From a virus (taxonomy: Duplodnaviria > Caudoviricetes), in IMG/VR virus record IMGVR_UViG_3300025141_000115, positions 1-55,988 of that record: DNA of 55,988 bases; one strand, given 5' to 3'. Below are positions 44,201-53,879 of the stretch, piece by piece (position 1 is the first letter of the stretch; each line of letters begins with the position of its first letter). Made by a program: the position numbers and the translations under genes. Under the pieces are notes generated by a model. The model did no database searches, was not told the origin of the DNA, and was given only the letters and a program-made list of their open reading frames with translations.

Positions 44201-44749
44201 TATAGCAAGACCCGTTCCTAATCCTGTTATGAGAGCAGGACCTTCTTCTCCTATAAAATCTGCTGTGTCTGGCCCCCATGTAAAACCGGGCTTATCAACA
44301 TAAACAAACCCACTGTCTTGCAACCCCAGTTCTGCTCTTTTTTCAGGAGCTACTTTACTTTGGTCAACCATAAAAACTCCAGGTTGCGGTTCTTGAATAG
44401 CTTCAGCACCCAAAGTTGTAGCTAAAAAATGTCTTTGATCCTCAACATTATCGGCTCTTCCGAAGTTATACCTAAAAGTTAAATCTTCAATTTCTCCCAT
44501 TTCTCTGTATGATCTAACTTCTTGCTGAGAAGCTTCAGGGGGCGGGGTTCCTTGGTCAGGGGGCGGTGGGGCATTGCCCATGCCTGAGTCAATAATGTCT
44601 TCATCCATTAAACGGTAATCAAACCCCTCATCTGGATTATAGTTAGGATCTATCTTTTTTAATTGTTCTAACTCAGCATCCGTAATGGTATCACCTGCAA
44701 TTTCTATTTCCGCAGGTCCGCCTGGAGTCATCATGTTAATAATAGCCAT
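41279..44749 (-). CDS. Large internal virion / DNA ejection protein
   Basis: 1156 aa, helical, two hydrophobic G/A-rich segments; last of four large ORFs after nozzle. Confidence 0.7.
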   Translation of the reverse strand: MAIINMMTPGGPAEIEIAGDTITDAELEQLKKIDPNYNPDEGFDYRLMDEDIIDSGMGNAPPPPDQGTPPPEASQQEVRSYREMGEIEDLTFRYNFGRADNVEDQRHFLATTLGAEAIQEPQPGVFMVDQSKVAPEKRAELGLQDSGFVYVDKPGFTWGPDTADFIGEEGPALITGLGTGLAIMGTTAMLPAMAIVGGAVAIVKGVDELIDQIEGYNTESFGEVAENVAWTGTKYGLFEGGGRLAFKGLQKLFKGAGPTVSGEAVDAVIARDPTGKMKTKEAMTKLEKLTTSIGLRLDPEKVAVEEAKAAARELINQGAKPTIGAVSGLERPGQTALAIAEKVVPDPSIGKANTAWITKILRDVRDGKLPKEQAEAMFEAQSKEIAQVVNKTMSDPEQAISYSQRILRDVIGKRLETIQKSYNPREGYPSEFAELLPMVSKMFQAQSSKLYKNAEDLIGEEATTFSMAGIQQAVKDLKGSNAFVQYKGLLFDVIEKTPTMGLQQLQQLKQALSLSYKDPELIASAAQAGISRIIKAVDDTIDAKFIQLSDDLANGTRTVQLDNGNVFKLGWGPLTSDSLRQGLGAWKKAAEYYTKGQEDFNNLAINTIIKTVKDKFWSSNIDVAETVVKAGNAPQLKTYLEAVTPRGESAGELSKKGASGVIENISKLVNQGQLAEANKIIDNFFPEGTVPKVSEFINKLGKDDIFTQIHLKEYGETLEQLRRLALAGGDPMAVREAARNGLAKTWIEQSISKSKDVQGRTDLTQFSQKFFALGEDVQNTLFGKDAASVLRNTLNKTYLLGAGQQDELIKSIPKFTDSPLKDSLLRLKTIVDEANEGGKLAAFKAINSGTIENPQAVITEILNSPNAFNKIRKVIGDAEIDKAGGLRDTAMQMLLSKTTLDATAVQSGTWGREFSKAITEMNKSGGLNAILGADQVKRLMRLADDSVTVSDASFKGLGALVGPTARIARSAALGTAAVSSGLAILTLGYLAGPALAAIGTYASLTLVPKVLSKLFRNKTFLKLISSPSVRSADYDAMIAAGAKLPSRKELKESGKVMYYWNNKLLPIIQETVSQTAASGAVLEPLKEEVRVVTEESYDPSGKVINYATSPKEGLRPLPETPKEVLDIYNPANPTVRGTEVDSLRQTEINKLLGVGP

Positions 44750-47382
44750 TACGATGGACCTTTTGGAGGAACTAAGCTAAAGCGTAGTTTTTTTGTTGTT
44801 TTTTCATCAAAAGGCTTAATTTCTCTCCCAACAGATATCATTTCTTGTTGATAAATTTTATGTATATCGAGGTAAGAATTTCTAATAACATTGCTTACTT
44901 GGCTAAGAGCTTTTCGAACACTTGCTTCACTCGTAAATATATTTGTTGTTAAAGATCCTATTACGTCTTTGCCATTAATATCCTTATCTATTTGATACCC
45001 CAATGCTCTAGCAACCCTAACTCTGTCTGCGTCAGAAATAGTTTTTCCACTTTCTCCTAAAATCATTGGAGTTATTTTAGCAAGTGTTAAACGACCTTGT
45101 GCTTCAAACGCTGTTTGCGGTGAATACTTTTGCCCTACTCCTAAAGCGTAATCGCGAAGCAGTGCTGCTCCAGGAACGCCATCTTCAGCAAAGGCTTGTG
45201 CGGCGTCACCAACTCTACTCATAATATTACCAATAGGACCTACTAGAGATGCCTTACCTTTAGCTTTATCAGTTAACTGATATAATTTTTGTAACTCGTC
45301 ATATATGTTTCTATAGCCGCCAGCTAAACGTTGATACTCTCCTGTAAATCTTTGTACATCGTTTTCGTCAGCCACTGATCCTAAATTAATTATTTCCTTT
45401 TCTTCCATTTTACCTGTATCTGGGTTTTTAACTTTAACCGTACGTATCATTCCCAACGCTTTAGCATCTGCTAAGTTTTTAGGAAGCATTATCTTTCCTG
45501 CGGATGTTAAGGTTAGTCTAGGAAGCCCTATTTCGCTTTTGTATGCCGCAAAGGGCTTTGGAGGATTGTTATCTCTCTTCATATATTTGTTGTACAGTTC
45601 GGCTCGAATTTTTCGGTCTTTTAAAGTTGGCTTACCTGTAATAGTTTTTTGTAAATCTAATTTTTTTATTAAGGATTGAGGATACATTTTAAGATCAGGG
45701 TTTCTTTTCTTTAATAAATTATACTCGTCTCGCGTCATACTTCGAGGGCTAAGAGGAGGAATCTTTTTTCCATTTGCAAGTGTTTGCCATTTTGGTCCAC
45801 TTACATAATCAATTATTTTTCTTCCTTCTTTAGCGATTTCCCTTTTCTCTGCTCTTTCTTCCCTAAGAATTTGTAATTCTTCACCCAGTACAAGCTTACC
45901 TATTTCTGTTTGCCTATTCCGTTTTGCGGCCTTTTGTTTCATTCCAAAATTTATCAATCCAGGAAGAGCCTTTTGCATACCATCTGATATATTTTTCAAA
46001 GCGTTTGGAGATTCTCCACCAGCTATCGAAGCGCCCAGCATAGCTATTAATAAACCTTGTGTTTGTGGGTCTTCTTCAACGGCTGGAATTAAAGCCTCAA
46101 TGCGTTTTCTAAGTGAGTCCATGTTGGTAGGCTTACCTTCCACCAAATCTTGACCCGTTGAAACCAAATCTTCTGAAACAGCCAGTTGTAAGTTTTCATC
46201 GGTTTCAGGGCCATTAAGTTTAAACGCACTAATTAAAACATCAGAATTTACAAGCTTCGAATCACCTTTATCATTGTTAACGACAATAGGATTGTCACCT
46301 GTTGTCATTGTTCCATCAGCACCAACTGCTCCGCCTTCTCCACCCATCATGTCAGAAGCTTCTACTACAGCCTCCACAGCATCGGTTTCGGTATTTTTGT
46401 TAGTAGCTTCCGCTAAATTAGCAAACAGTTGGTTCTGCTCATTAATTTCTTTATTCGTTGCTACTGTAGGTGGTCCTTCACCTTGGTCACCTGAACTATC
46501 AAAAACAGGAGGAAGCGCTTTAGCAGTAACAGCAATCTCAGGAGCAGCAGACCCATCCGGTGCTGCACCAAGTGGGGCTTCCATATCTTGCTTACTAACC
46601 TCAACTACCGAAGCATCGCCCGGCGGGCTGGCAGGACCGCCTATGTTTGGCTTTTCAACCTGTGGTACAGGTTTGGTTAAAGCACTCTCAGCTATATTTA
46701 CGATAGCTTCTTCACCGGGACTTGGTGCGTTTATATCTATCGCTGGTTGTTTAAAAACGCTTAAAGGTTGCTTTATCAGTTCCATATAATTTTTAATGTC
46801 TTCTTCAGGATAACCCATCTGTCTCATTTGTTCAGGAGTCATATTAATTTTTTGCGCTACTTCAACAGAAGGTGGTTTTCTATCAAAAGGAGAAGAAATT
46901 TGTCTATCTGCATCCGTTAGAGTACCCATCTTTACATTGTTTTGGGCAGCCTCATAAGCTTTTAGATCTACGCCGGGCCTTAAAGGTAAAGGACCTCCCT
47001 GTTCTGTTCCTTTGTATAACCTAACTGCTTGGGCTACTTTAGGATCGTTCATAAAAGATGACTGCTCGACTGCCCTTATCTCATCAGCATTTGCAGTTCC
47101 ATTTAAAACTTTAGCAATAACATTGTTAACGCCTCCACTACCAAATTTGGCGATTCCACCTTGGTTGAAAACGTAATTAGGTTGCATGTTAACAGCCGCC
47201 CCACCTTGGGCCATGGACAGTGTACCACCGCCCATGTCTGATAGAGCATCGTTACTGACTGCATCTACAAGGGAAGGGGACGAAGCTAAAATACCAGATG
47301 CCTTCGGGGTAGGGGGAACCATCCCACCGTTATTAAACATATGGCGTCTAGCTAAAACTGATTGGATTGTCCTGTTTCTCAT
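44749..47382 (-). CDS. Internal virion / DNA ejection protein
   Basis: 877 aa; N-terminal xxGG motifs, disordered middle, ILGESGKTISDADR. Confidence 0.7.
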   Translation of the reverse strand: MRNRTIQSVLARRHMFNNGGMVPPTPKASGILASSPSLVDAVSNDALSDMGGGTLSMAQGGAAVNMQPNYVFNQGGIAKFGSGGVNNVIAKVLNGTANADEIRAVEQSSFMNDPKVAQAVRLYKGTEQGGPLPLRPGVDLKAYEAAQNNVKMGTLTDADRQISSPFDRKPPSVEVAQKINMTPEQMRQMGYPEEDIKNYMELIKQPLSVFKQPAIDINAPSPGEEAIVNIAESALTKPVPQVEKPNIGGPASPPGDASVVEVSKQDMEAPLGAAPDGSAAPEIAVTAKALPPVFDSSGDQGEGPPTVATNKEINEQNQLFANLAEATNKNTETDAVEAVVEASDMMGGEGGAVGADGTMTTGDNPIVVNNDKGDSKLVNSDVLISAFKLNGPETDENLQLAVSEDLVSTGQDLVEGKPTNMDSLRKRIEALIPAVEEDPQTQGLLIAMLGASIAGGESPNALKNISDGMQKALPGLINFGMKQKAAKRNRQTEIGKLVLGEELQILREERAEKREIAKEGRKIIDYVSGPKWQTLANGKKIPPLSPRSMTRDEYNLLKKRNPDLKMYPQSLIKKLDLQKTITGKPTLKDRKIRAELYNKYMKRDNNPPKPFAAYKSEIGLPRLTLTSAGKIMLPKNLADAKALGMIRTVKVKNPDTGKMEEKEIINLGSVADENDVQRFTGEYQRLAGGYRNIYDELQKLYQLTDKAKGKASLVGPIGNIMSRVGDAAQAFAEDGVPGAALLRDYALGVGQKYSPQTAFEAQGRLTLAKITPMILGESGKTISDADRVRVARALGYQIDKDINGKDVIGSLTTNIFTSEASVRKALSQVSNVIRNSYLDIHKIYQQEMISVGREIKPFDEKTTKKLRFSLVPPKGPS

Positions 47383-48425
47383 TAAGTTAACCTTCCAAAC
47401 AGTTCCCCAAATGGATTACTTAACGCTTTATTAACCCCAAGAGCGCCTATCCCAACTCCAATTGCTTGAGATAGAGGACTTGGATCAGGAGCGGCTTTAG
47501 CCGTCAATGTGTTTTGAGCAGAACCGATAGTAGGTTTAAAAATATCACTCATAAAGCTAACACGCTGAAACGGTTCGTATTGCTGGGCCAAGGCGTTTGC
47601 TCTAGAAGCATCAAGAATTGCCTGTTCCTGGGTTTGTGCTAAACCACCAAGTTGGGTTTGTGCCTGTATCTGGTTCTGCAACATATTCTGTCCCGTTGTT
47701 CCAAGATTAGCTTGCGCTATGCCAAGCTGACCCATAGCACTTCCGCCTCTAATAGCTTCCTGACTTCTAGCTTGACCAATGCCAGCTAGTAAATTAGCTA
47801 CTCCTTGCTGGCGTTTTTGTTGGTTTTCAAAAGCTGTCTGGGAAGCATTAGTCGCTTGATTAAAGTTACGGGCGTAATCCTCAAATATCCTACGGCTTTG
47901 CATATCCATTAGGTTTCTGTCTAACTCCGCTAGTTGAAGACTTCCTCTGTCTCCACCTAACGCTCCAATGCCAGCTTGTCGAGAAGTAATTCCCTGACGC
48001 TGTATGTCTGCTTGGCGTTGCATTTCAGCGAGAGCGGCCTGTGTTACGTTTTCTTGGTACGGATTCATAAAAGGATCAAGAGTAGCCTGATCAGGAGTGT
48101 ACATCTGACCTGCACCAGCGGCCTGTGTTCCGGCGTCCGTGAACAATTGATTTACGCCAGACAGTCCGGATTGTAATGACCCTATACCACTGCCAATGGT
48201 TCCTGTGGCGTCTGTTAAGTAATCTTGGTATTGCCCAAGACCTTGACCAGCAGCTATGGCAGATGTGGTAAGTGGGTCCATCGGGGATATTTGTCGGGCT
48301 GCACCAACCTCTGCTAAATTAGTAGGCGTCTCCCCAAGCAATCGAGCTTGGTCTAATATAGCTCTGCCAGCTTCTTCAATATAAGGAGCTTGCCTAAGAG
48401 TTTGGGTTGTTTGTGTAACAGCCAT
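47382..48425 (-). CDS. Gln/Ala/Gly-rich ejection protein
   Basis: FMNPYQENV, GALGGDRG, YEPFQRVSF. Confidence 0.7.
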   Translation of the reverse strand: MAVTQTTQTLRQAPYIEEAGRAILDQARLLGETPTNLAEVGAARQISPMDPLTTSAIAAGQGLGQYQDYLTDATGTIGSGIGSLQSGLSGVNQLFTDAGTQAAGAGQMYTPDQATLDPFMNPYQENVTQAALAEMQRQADIQRQGITSRQAGIGALGGDRGSLQLAELDRNLMDMQSRRIFEDYARNFNQATNASQTAFENQQKRQQGVANLLAGIGQARSQEAIRGGSAMGQLGIAQANLGTTGQNMLQNQIQAQTQLGGLAQTQEQAILDASRANALAQQYEPFQRVSFMSDIFKPTIGSAQNTLTAKAAPDPSPLSQAIGVGIGALGVNKALSNPFGELFGRLT

Positions 48426-49906
48426 TATACTGCCCTCTCAAATTTATTCATCATATCATACATCCTTGCCGCGCCTAAATCACGATCACCGTTACCAGCA
48501 TTCCTAACAGCTTGCGCTGTCATTACAAACTCACCGTCCGAAAGCATCGCTGGTATACTATCCGAAGTTCCTGACCCCGGCCCTTTTATTTCTCCACCAG
48601 CCGCAGCCATTACACCTTGAGGCAGCACACCCGTTAACGCTTGAGGCTGTATGTTCATAGGGGCTGCTAAATTATTTGTAGACGGATTATTAATTGAAGC
48701 TAATTGAATGCCGGATGATGGTTTACCGTAATTAAGATCATGCCATCTGTCCACAGCATTTCGAGACAGAGTTGGAAACGCTGCCTTCATTTGTTCCCGT
48801 GTCCTAACAGGGCTTAAACCCGCTTCGGCACGAAGCCTTTGTCCTTCAGGTGTATTAATGAAATCAGGGTTATTGGCCTTTCCAGCTAAGTAAGCCTCAT
48901 ACGCTGTTCGTTGAGGATTTGTCATATTCTTAACATCTTCTTCCGTTACTTCTGGATCATCTGAAAAAGCATATGATGCTCCCGCACCAAGACCACCTAC
49001 TATAAGATTGCTACCTAAATTAGTTTGTGCAAAGTCTTTAAAATTTTGTTTACTAAAGAAAGGAGCTTTTTTAGCAGCGTCAGTAGTTGCTATGCCTGAT
49101 GTGGTTTTATACGTATCGTCTATAACAATTTTACCTCCTGGGCCTACCCTTACTGTTGTTTCTGGAGCAGAAGCACCAGTTTTTGTAGCGCCAGCTTGTG
49201 ATAAAGTCGTTGCTCCAGCTTCAGGGTTATAAGTTGGAAGAATGGTGGGATTTTTATAAAAACTTCCGGTTCCTAAACCGCCTTCGGTGATACCGCCAAA
49301 AATACCTTGGCTTAAAGGATTTTGTGGTCCGGAACTAAATAAGTTACCTGCCGCTTGAAAAGGAGCCATTGCACCCTTTGTCAGACCGCCCATAAAAGTT
49401 TGTCCCGGTACGTTAGATAATCCGCCAAAAATACCTTGAGTTAAAGCACCACCTGCATAAGCCATACCAGCAGCCTTTAACGCATCACCCCAAGATCCAC
49501 CCTGAAGTTTGGCTGTAAGTCCTGAAGCTATAAGACCGCCGATTCCCGGTGCAATAAGATTACCTATGATAGGTGCGGCAACAGGAAGAACCTTCTTAAA
49601 CACTTTCTTAACAGCCTTAAATATCTTCTTAAAGAAAAACTCCGGCTGACCTGTTATAGGGTTGATAGAGTTAAGGTCGTTCCCCACAACATACCTGTTG
49701 GGATCCGTAACGCCCATAGACCTCATCTGACTGAACAATGCATCTTTTAATTGAGGGTTTGCGTCTAGTATCTCACCGGGAACAACTGTCTCGCCTTCTG
49801 CCGCATGGACCATATAGTTATCACCATAACGACCTAACGTAGCTAAACCATTAGCTAGGGATTGAGCGGTGGGTTCACCATTAAGTTTTATGTTTGATTC
49901 CATCAT
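48425..49906 (-). CDS. Internal virion protein
   Basis: GRYGD..VH...INPITGQPEF; GPGSGTSDSIPAMLSDGEFV. Confidence 0.75.
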   Translation of the reverse strand: MMESNIKLNGEPTAQSLANGLATLGRYGDNYMVHAAEGETVVPGEILDANPQLKDALFSQMRSMGVTDPNRYVVGNDLNSINPITGQPEFFFKKIFKAVKKVFKKVLPVAAPIIGNLIAPGIGGLIASGLTAKLQGGSWGDALKAAGMAYAGGALTQGIFGGLSNVPGQTFMGGLTKGAMAPFQAAGNLFSSGPQNPLSQGIFGGITEGGLGTGSFYKNPTILPTYNPEAGATTLSQAGATKTGASAPETTVRVGPGGKIVIDDTYKTTSGIATTDAAKKAPFFSKQNFKDFAQTNLGSNLIVGGLGAGASYAFSDDPEVTEEDVKNMTNPQRTAYEAYLAGKANNPDFINTPEGQRLRAEAGLSPVRTREQMKAAFPTLSRNAVDRWHDLNYGKPSSGIQLASINNPSTNNLAAPMNIQPQALTGVLPQGVMAAAGGEIKGPGSGTSDSIPAMLSDGEFVMTAQAVRNAGNGDRDLGAARMYDMMNKFERAV

Positions 49907-50229
49907 CGAGATACCTCTAATACGCTTGCAAACGCCATGATTTTGGACGCAGTGTCGCAGTTAAGTATAAATAAGTCTCCAGCCTCAAGGACATAAGGTC
50001 CTTCAAGAGCCGTTGACGTAGCTAACGTTGCTATACTTTCTTTCTTCAACGTAACTGTTGCAGAAGCAGAGCTATCTGTGATTTTACTATATACCACAAT
50101 AGTCCCGCTATGGCTATTATACAAATTAATGTTCTTAATAAGAGCTTCTGTTGCGTCTGGACAGGTGTAAATTGTGACATCTCCCGTTGAGCCAACCGTA
50201 GTTAATATATTTTTATACGTTGAAGCCAT
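49903..50229 (-). CDS. Virion structural protein
   Basis: TIYTCP...VLEAGD...SVLEV. Confidence 0.65.
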   Translation of the reverse strand: MASTYKNILTTVGSTGDVTIYTCPDATEALIKNINLYNSHSGTIVVYSKITDSSASATVTLKKESIATLATSTALEGPYVLEAGDLFILNCDTASKIMAFASVLEVSR

Positions 50230-50396
50230 TATTCAAAAAACCAACTTAATGCCCTGCTACTGTCTTTACCCTCTATTTCCACCGGAAATTCCTTCTTTGT
50301 AAGAGCCATCTCAATGTCTCGAAGTATCCGCTGGTAAGTATTTGAATCGTATTCTGTAGGCGCATCTGGAAAACTATGGTCTAAAAGACTGCCCAT
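50229..50396 (-). CDS. Small tail-associated protein (55 aa; not in ORF track)
   Basis: MGSLLDHSFPDAPTEYDSNTYQRILRDIE...SWFFE; TAATG coupling both sides. Confidence 0.65.
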   Translation of the reverse strand: MGSLLDHSFPDAPTEYDSNTYQRILRDIEMALTKKEFPVEIEGKDSSRALSWFFE

Positions 50397-52681
50397 TATC
50401 TCCTCCCATCCGGACGAAGACCCAACCGTAAGTCACCAAGCGTCCAAGTTAAATCCGTTGTAGAACTCTGTATTCGTATAGCAGCTTGCCGTGATCTGGA
50501 TCTTAAAAAAGATTGTTGCGTAGAAGACGTAACAGCATTTGTAGAATTTGTTGCTAAAGAATCTCCAGGATAGTTCCTTGTTTTTACTATGTAATCTACG
50601 GATGCATCTGCATCACTGCTCGTTATGTCTACATCAGGTATAAGCCGATCCATAAACATGAACTGCTCACCGTCACCCAAATCAAAATCTGCGGATTCTA
50701 TAAACGAAGTCATAGGGGACCCGTCATTATCATCACCAGATTCATGTATAAAAACATAATTGACATCACTGCTTTGCCCACAAGCTCTAGGATTATCATG
50801 TATACTATAGTCTACCCAAGCTGTTCTTGCTAAAGTACCAATATCCCATGTCCCTTCGGTATAGTTAAACTTAACATATCTATCTATTTCAGTCGAATCT
50901 GAAGAAGCATAAAACCAGAAAACCTCATGGAACATGCGGTTGGAACCGCCAAAAAACTTAAAGCTTTGATCAAGGTTTATATCGTCAAACACATATCTGA
51001 GAACAGTACATGGGATAACCTGCACGCTTCCAGCGTAAGCGTAGAAATTTTCCCTGTCCATCCAGAATACTTTATCTCCGATAGTCACAGATGTGTTTGG
51101 ACCAAGAATTGAGACGTTACCCGCAACCAATGTAAAAGAGAACACAATATCTCCCCCCACATATCTCATGGCGTGCAAATTAGAATCAGTCCAAATTAGT
51201 ATTTCCTGCCGTGTTCTTTGAGCGGATATTATCTCTGACCCTGATGAAATTCTCTGGCTTCCTGCCGTGTTTGCCACTTCAGGCGTCCAATTAAAAGGAG
51301 CCTCTTGACTTGACCATCGAACCATAAGTAAATCCTGATCTGTCTCATCCTTGGCGTTACATCCGAAACAAACAACGTGCCTGTCCGCTCCAGAAATCAT
51401 AATTCTTCTCGTTATGGTTGGTGCGTCAGATGCCCCTGATTGGGACGAAAGAGTTGTTGCCCTGTTCGTGAGACCAAGCGTCTTGTCCCAGTAGTAAGGC
51501 GCACCATCATAAACATTAAACAGTAAATCTTCTCCCCAGTTATCCTGGGAATACAGCCTTATATTAGAACCTGTCTCAGCAGACGTAGCCGAAGATTCTC
51601 CCCATCCTACAAAATCGTTAGCCTCTTTTACGTTAACACCGTCTGAGTGAGCGGCGGCAGTTGTTCCTCTGGCCCCTCGAGCAACTCCGGCATTTATTGT
51701 ATCTGATGATTTACCCGTATACTGGATAAGTTCATCACCAATAAGCATTAATCCTACAAAGGTCACACTGGCCCCGCTAGAAGAACTAGCTGCTGTTGTC
51801 CCGTCATCTCCCCGTGTCAATGTTCCAAACGTATTACCGGAAATGGTTCCATACCGGATTTTTTCGCTTCCTATTAATATTGTTCCTTTACTAGGAAAAC
51901 CACTTGTGCTGGCAACCGTAATTGTTGTGTCTGAAGCAGTACGGTTTTCAGCAGTTGTTGTAGACGCTGTTTCAAAACTTGAAGCACTTGTTAGCGTAAA
52001 AGATGTGTCTGAATCACTAATGCCACCGCTGTCATTAAGGGTGGTCTGGGCGTAACCTGTTGATAAACCACCCCATAAACCCGCACTGAAACCTGTTCCA
52101 CTGACTACCGTACTTAAACCTGTATTAATCTGGTAGGTCGCTACTACAGAAGATCCTCCTCCTGAAGTCGATCCAGAACTGGCTGTACCAGCCGTGGTGA
52201 TTGTGTAAGAGTTAGAATCAATTACGGTTACCTGATGTTCCGTGTTCAGTTGTGCGGCAGTAATGCCGTCTGTTGTGGTAGCACCGCTTAATGTTACATA
52301 GTCATTGGTCACCGCACCATGGGCAGGAGCCGTAACCGTAACGACTGCACTACTCGCGCTTCCTGTCTTTAAAGGGTTTGTTCCAAGTGTCGTGGTGACT
52401 CGTATAGGGGTAACATCATTATAGCCACCGCCTTCTTCAATATAGAACTTGGTTTCCGTACCAAGGCCCATGTACTTAGAACCGTCAAGGGCTGCCCATA
52501 CATGAAGGGAACGCCCTACACCATTGATGGTGTTACTGCTCAACCGTTCCCAACCCCCCATCTTTTCAGGACGGCCTTTACGGAACCGTATAAGGTCAGA
52601 GTTGTACCATCCGTTTTCATCGCCGTAGGAAGTTGTTTCTCTGTTTACACCCGGCTTAAAAGTGATCTTAGTTAGAGGCAT
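50396..52681 (-). CDS. Tail nozzle / DNA stabilization protein (P22 gp10-like) with inserted domains
   Basis: FKPGVNRE..RFRKGRPEKMGGW; RWSSQE; GTLARTAW; C-terminal RPDGRR. Confidence 0.75.
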   Translation of the reverse strand: MPLTKITFKPGVNRETTSYGDENGWYNSDLIRFRKGRPEKMGGWERLSSNTINGVGRSLHVWAALDGSKYMGLGTETKFYIEEGGGYNDVTPIRVTTTLGTNPLKTGSASSAVVTVTAPAHGAVTNDYVTLSGATTTDGITAAQLNTEHQVTVIDSNSYTITTAGTASSGSTSGGGSSVVATYQINTGLSTVVSGTGFSAGLWGGLSTGYAQTTLNDSGGISDSDTSFTLTSASSFETASTTTAENRTASDTTITVASTSGFPSKGTILIGSEKIRYGTISGNTFGTLTRGDDGTTAASSSSGASVTFVGLMLIGDELIQYTGKSSDTINAGVARGARGTTAAAHSDGVNVKEANDFVGWGESSATSAETGSNIRLYSQDNWGEDLLFNVYDGAPYYWDKTLGLTNRATTLSSQSGASDAPTITRRIMISGADRHVVCFGCNAKDETDQDLLMVRWSSQEAPFNWTPEVANTAGSQRISSGSEIISAQRTRQEILIWTDSNLHAMRYVGGDIVFSFTLVAGNVSILGPNTSVTIGDKVFWMDRENFYAYAGSVQVIPCTVLRYVFDDINLDQSFKFFGGSNRMFHEVFWFYASSDSTEIDRYVKFNYTEGTWDIGTLARTAWVDYSIHDNPRACGQSSDVNYVFIHESGDDNDGSPMTSFIESADFDLGDGEQFMFMDRLIPDVDITSSDADASVDYIVKTRNYPGDSLATNSTNAVTSSTQQSFLRSRSRQAAIRIQSSTTDLTWTLGDLRLGLRPDGRR

Positions 52682-52685
52682 AGGG

Positions 52686-53351
52686 CTACTCTTCTAATTC
52701 TGGCCAATCAAATAAGATGCCTGACTTCTTACCATCTTTATCCCAAGATACAAACAGAGCTATAAATGCATCCATATCTTTTGCATCCGTAATAGCTTTC
52801 TCCATCTCAGTAGCTTTAGTTCTTATAGCCGCTCTCCATGTAGCTATCTTAGTTGGTATAGCTGTTCCTGCATCAGCCTTACGAATTACAGCCCAATCTG
52901 TTTGAGCTAGTAAAGAACCTTGTTGCTGTTTAACTTGATCAATGTACCCAGAACGTATACCTTTAACTTTAACTACATTACCATCAGAGTCTTTATAGTC
53001 TTCCATCTTAGCTGTGTAGTTTTTACCTTCACCTTCTTTAATATCTTTACCTAAGATTTCTTTACCATCTTTATCAAGATAGATGCTTTCACCATCAGAA
53101 TCCTTAGATTGAACTTGCCTATTATAGTCATCTAGAGATTTGGCTGTAATATTAGATACACCCCCAAGTCCATTATCTATCCAGTTATAAAATCTACTAT
53201 CTGGTCTAGCCTCTAGAGTAATCTCCTCTATGTTCATAGACTTTTTATAGTCAGCATCCCAAATGTTCCAGTTAGGTGGTTGTTGGTTGCCGTCCTTATC
53301 TGTCCAACCCCTTCCCGGTTTTATTTCCGTTGTCTTATTGTACAACCACAT
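52686..53351 (-). CDS. Tail fibre assembly chaperone-like protein
   Basis: LLAQTDWAVIRKA...WRAAIR; downstream of fibre. Confidence 0.7.
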   Translation of the reverse strand: MWLYNKTTEIKPGRGWTDKDGNQQPPNWNIWDADYKKSMNIEEITLEARPDSRFYNWIDNGLGGVSNITAKSLDDYNRQVQSKDSDGESIYLDKDGKEILGKDIKEGEGKNYTAKMEDYKDSDGNVVKVKGIRSGYIDQVKQQQGSLLAQTDWAVIRKADAGTAIPTKIATWRAAIRTKATEMEKAITDAKDMDAFIALFVSWDKDGKKSGILFDWPELEE

Positions 53352-53360
53352 TTTCTTCTC

Positions 53361-53870
53361 CTACTTTTTCATATTAGATACAATTAACCAAAAAGCTATT
53401 ATACCACTTATCCCTACAAGTATAATACCTCCGATATACTCAAGAACCTTATATATCTTATCCCACTTCTTTTTTTCTTTTTTTCTTGCCTTCTCCATTC
53501 TTTTTTCGTGGGCTTCTATTCTTATTCTTCTTTCCTCAATAATCTCTCCCCAAGTGTCGGGTCCAAATCTTTTGTTTATCATACGCCTCACAAGGTCTAA
53601 CTGTTCTTCTGCGAGTTTTTCTTCTATCGTTTCCTTCGCTATTGCTCCTAATGAAAAGGCTTCTCCTGAAGAACCTAATCTTTTACCTATAAAATTATCC
53701 CACTTACTCGCTATGGGATGTGATTTCGTATGAACTTGTTTAGTTCCAGTAATTACTGAGTCAATCTGGTCTGCTATTTCAGATACATCTCTACAAGTTC
53801 CAATTACACTCTTAATCCCCTTAACCGCGCTGTTTACTAAAGCGATTCCTGCCAAAACTTCTGCGACCAT
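53361..53870 (-). CDS. Hypothetical protein with C-terminal TM
   Basis: RFGPDTW; hydrophobic C-terminus. Confidence 0.6.
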   Translation of the reverse strand: MVAEVLAGIALVNSAVKGIKSVIGTCRDVSEIADQIDSVITGTKQVHTKSHPIASKWDNFIGKRLGSSGEAFSLGAIAKETIEEKLAEEQLDLVRRMINKRFGPDTWGEIIEERRIRIEAHEKRMEKARKKEKKKWDKIYKVLEYIGGIILVGISGIIAFWLIVSNMKK

Positions 53871-53879
53871 AACATTTCT

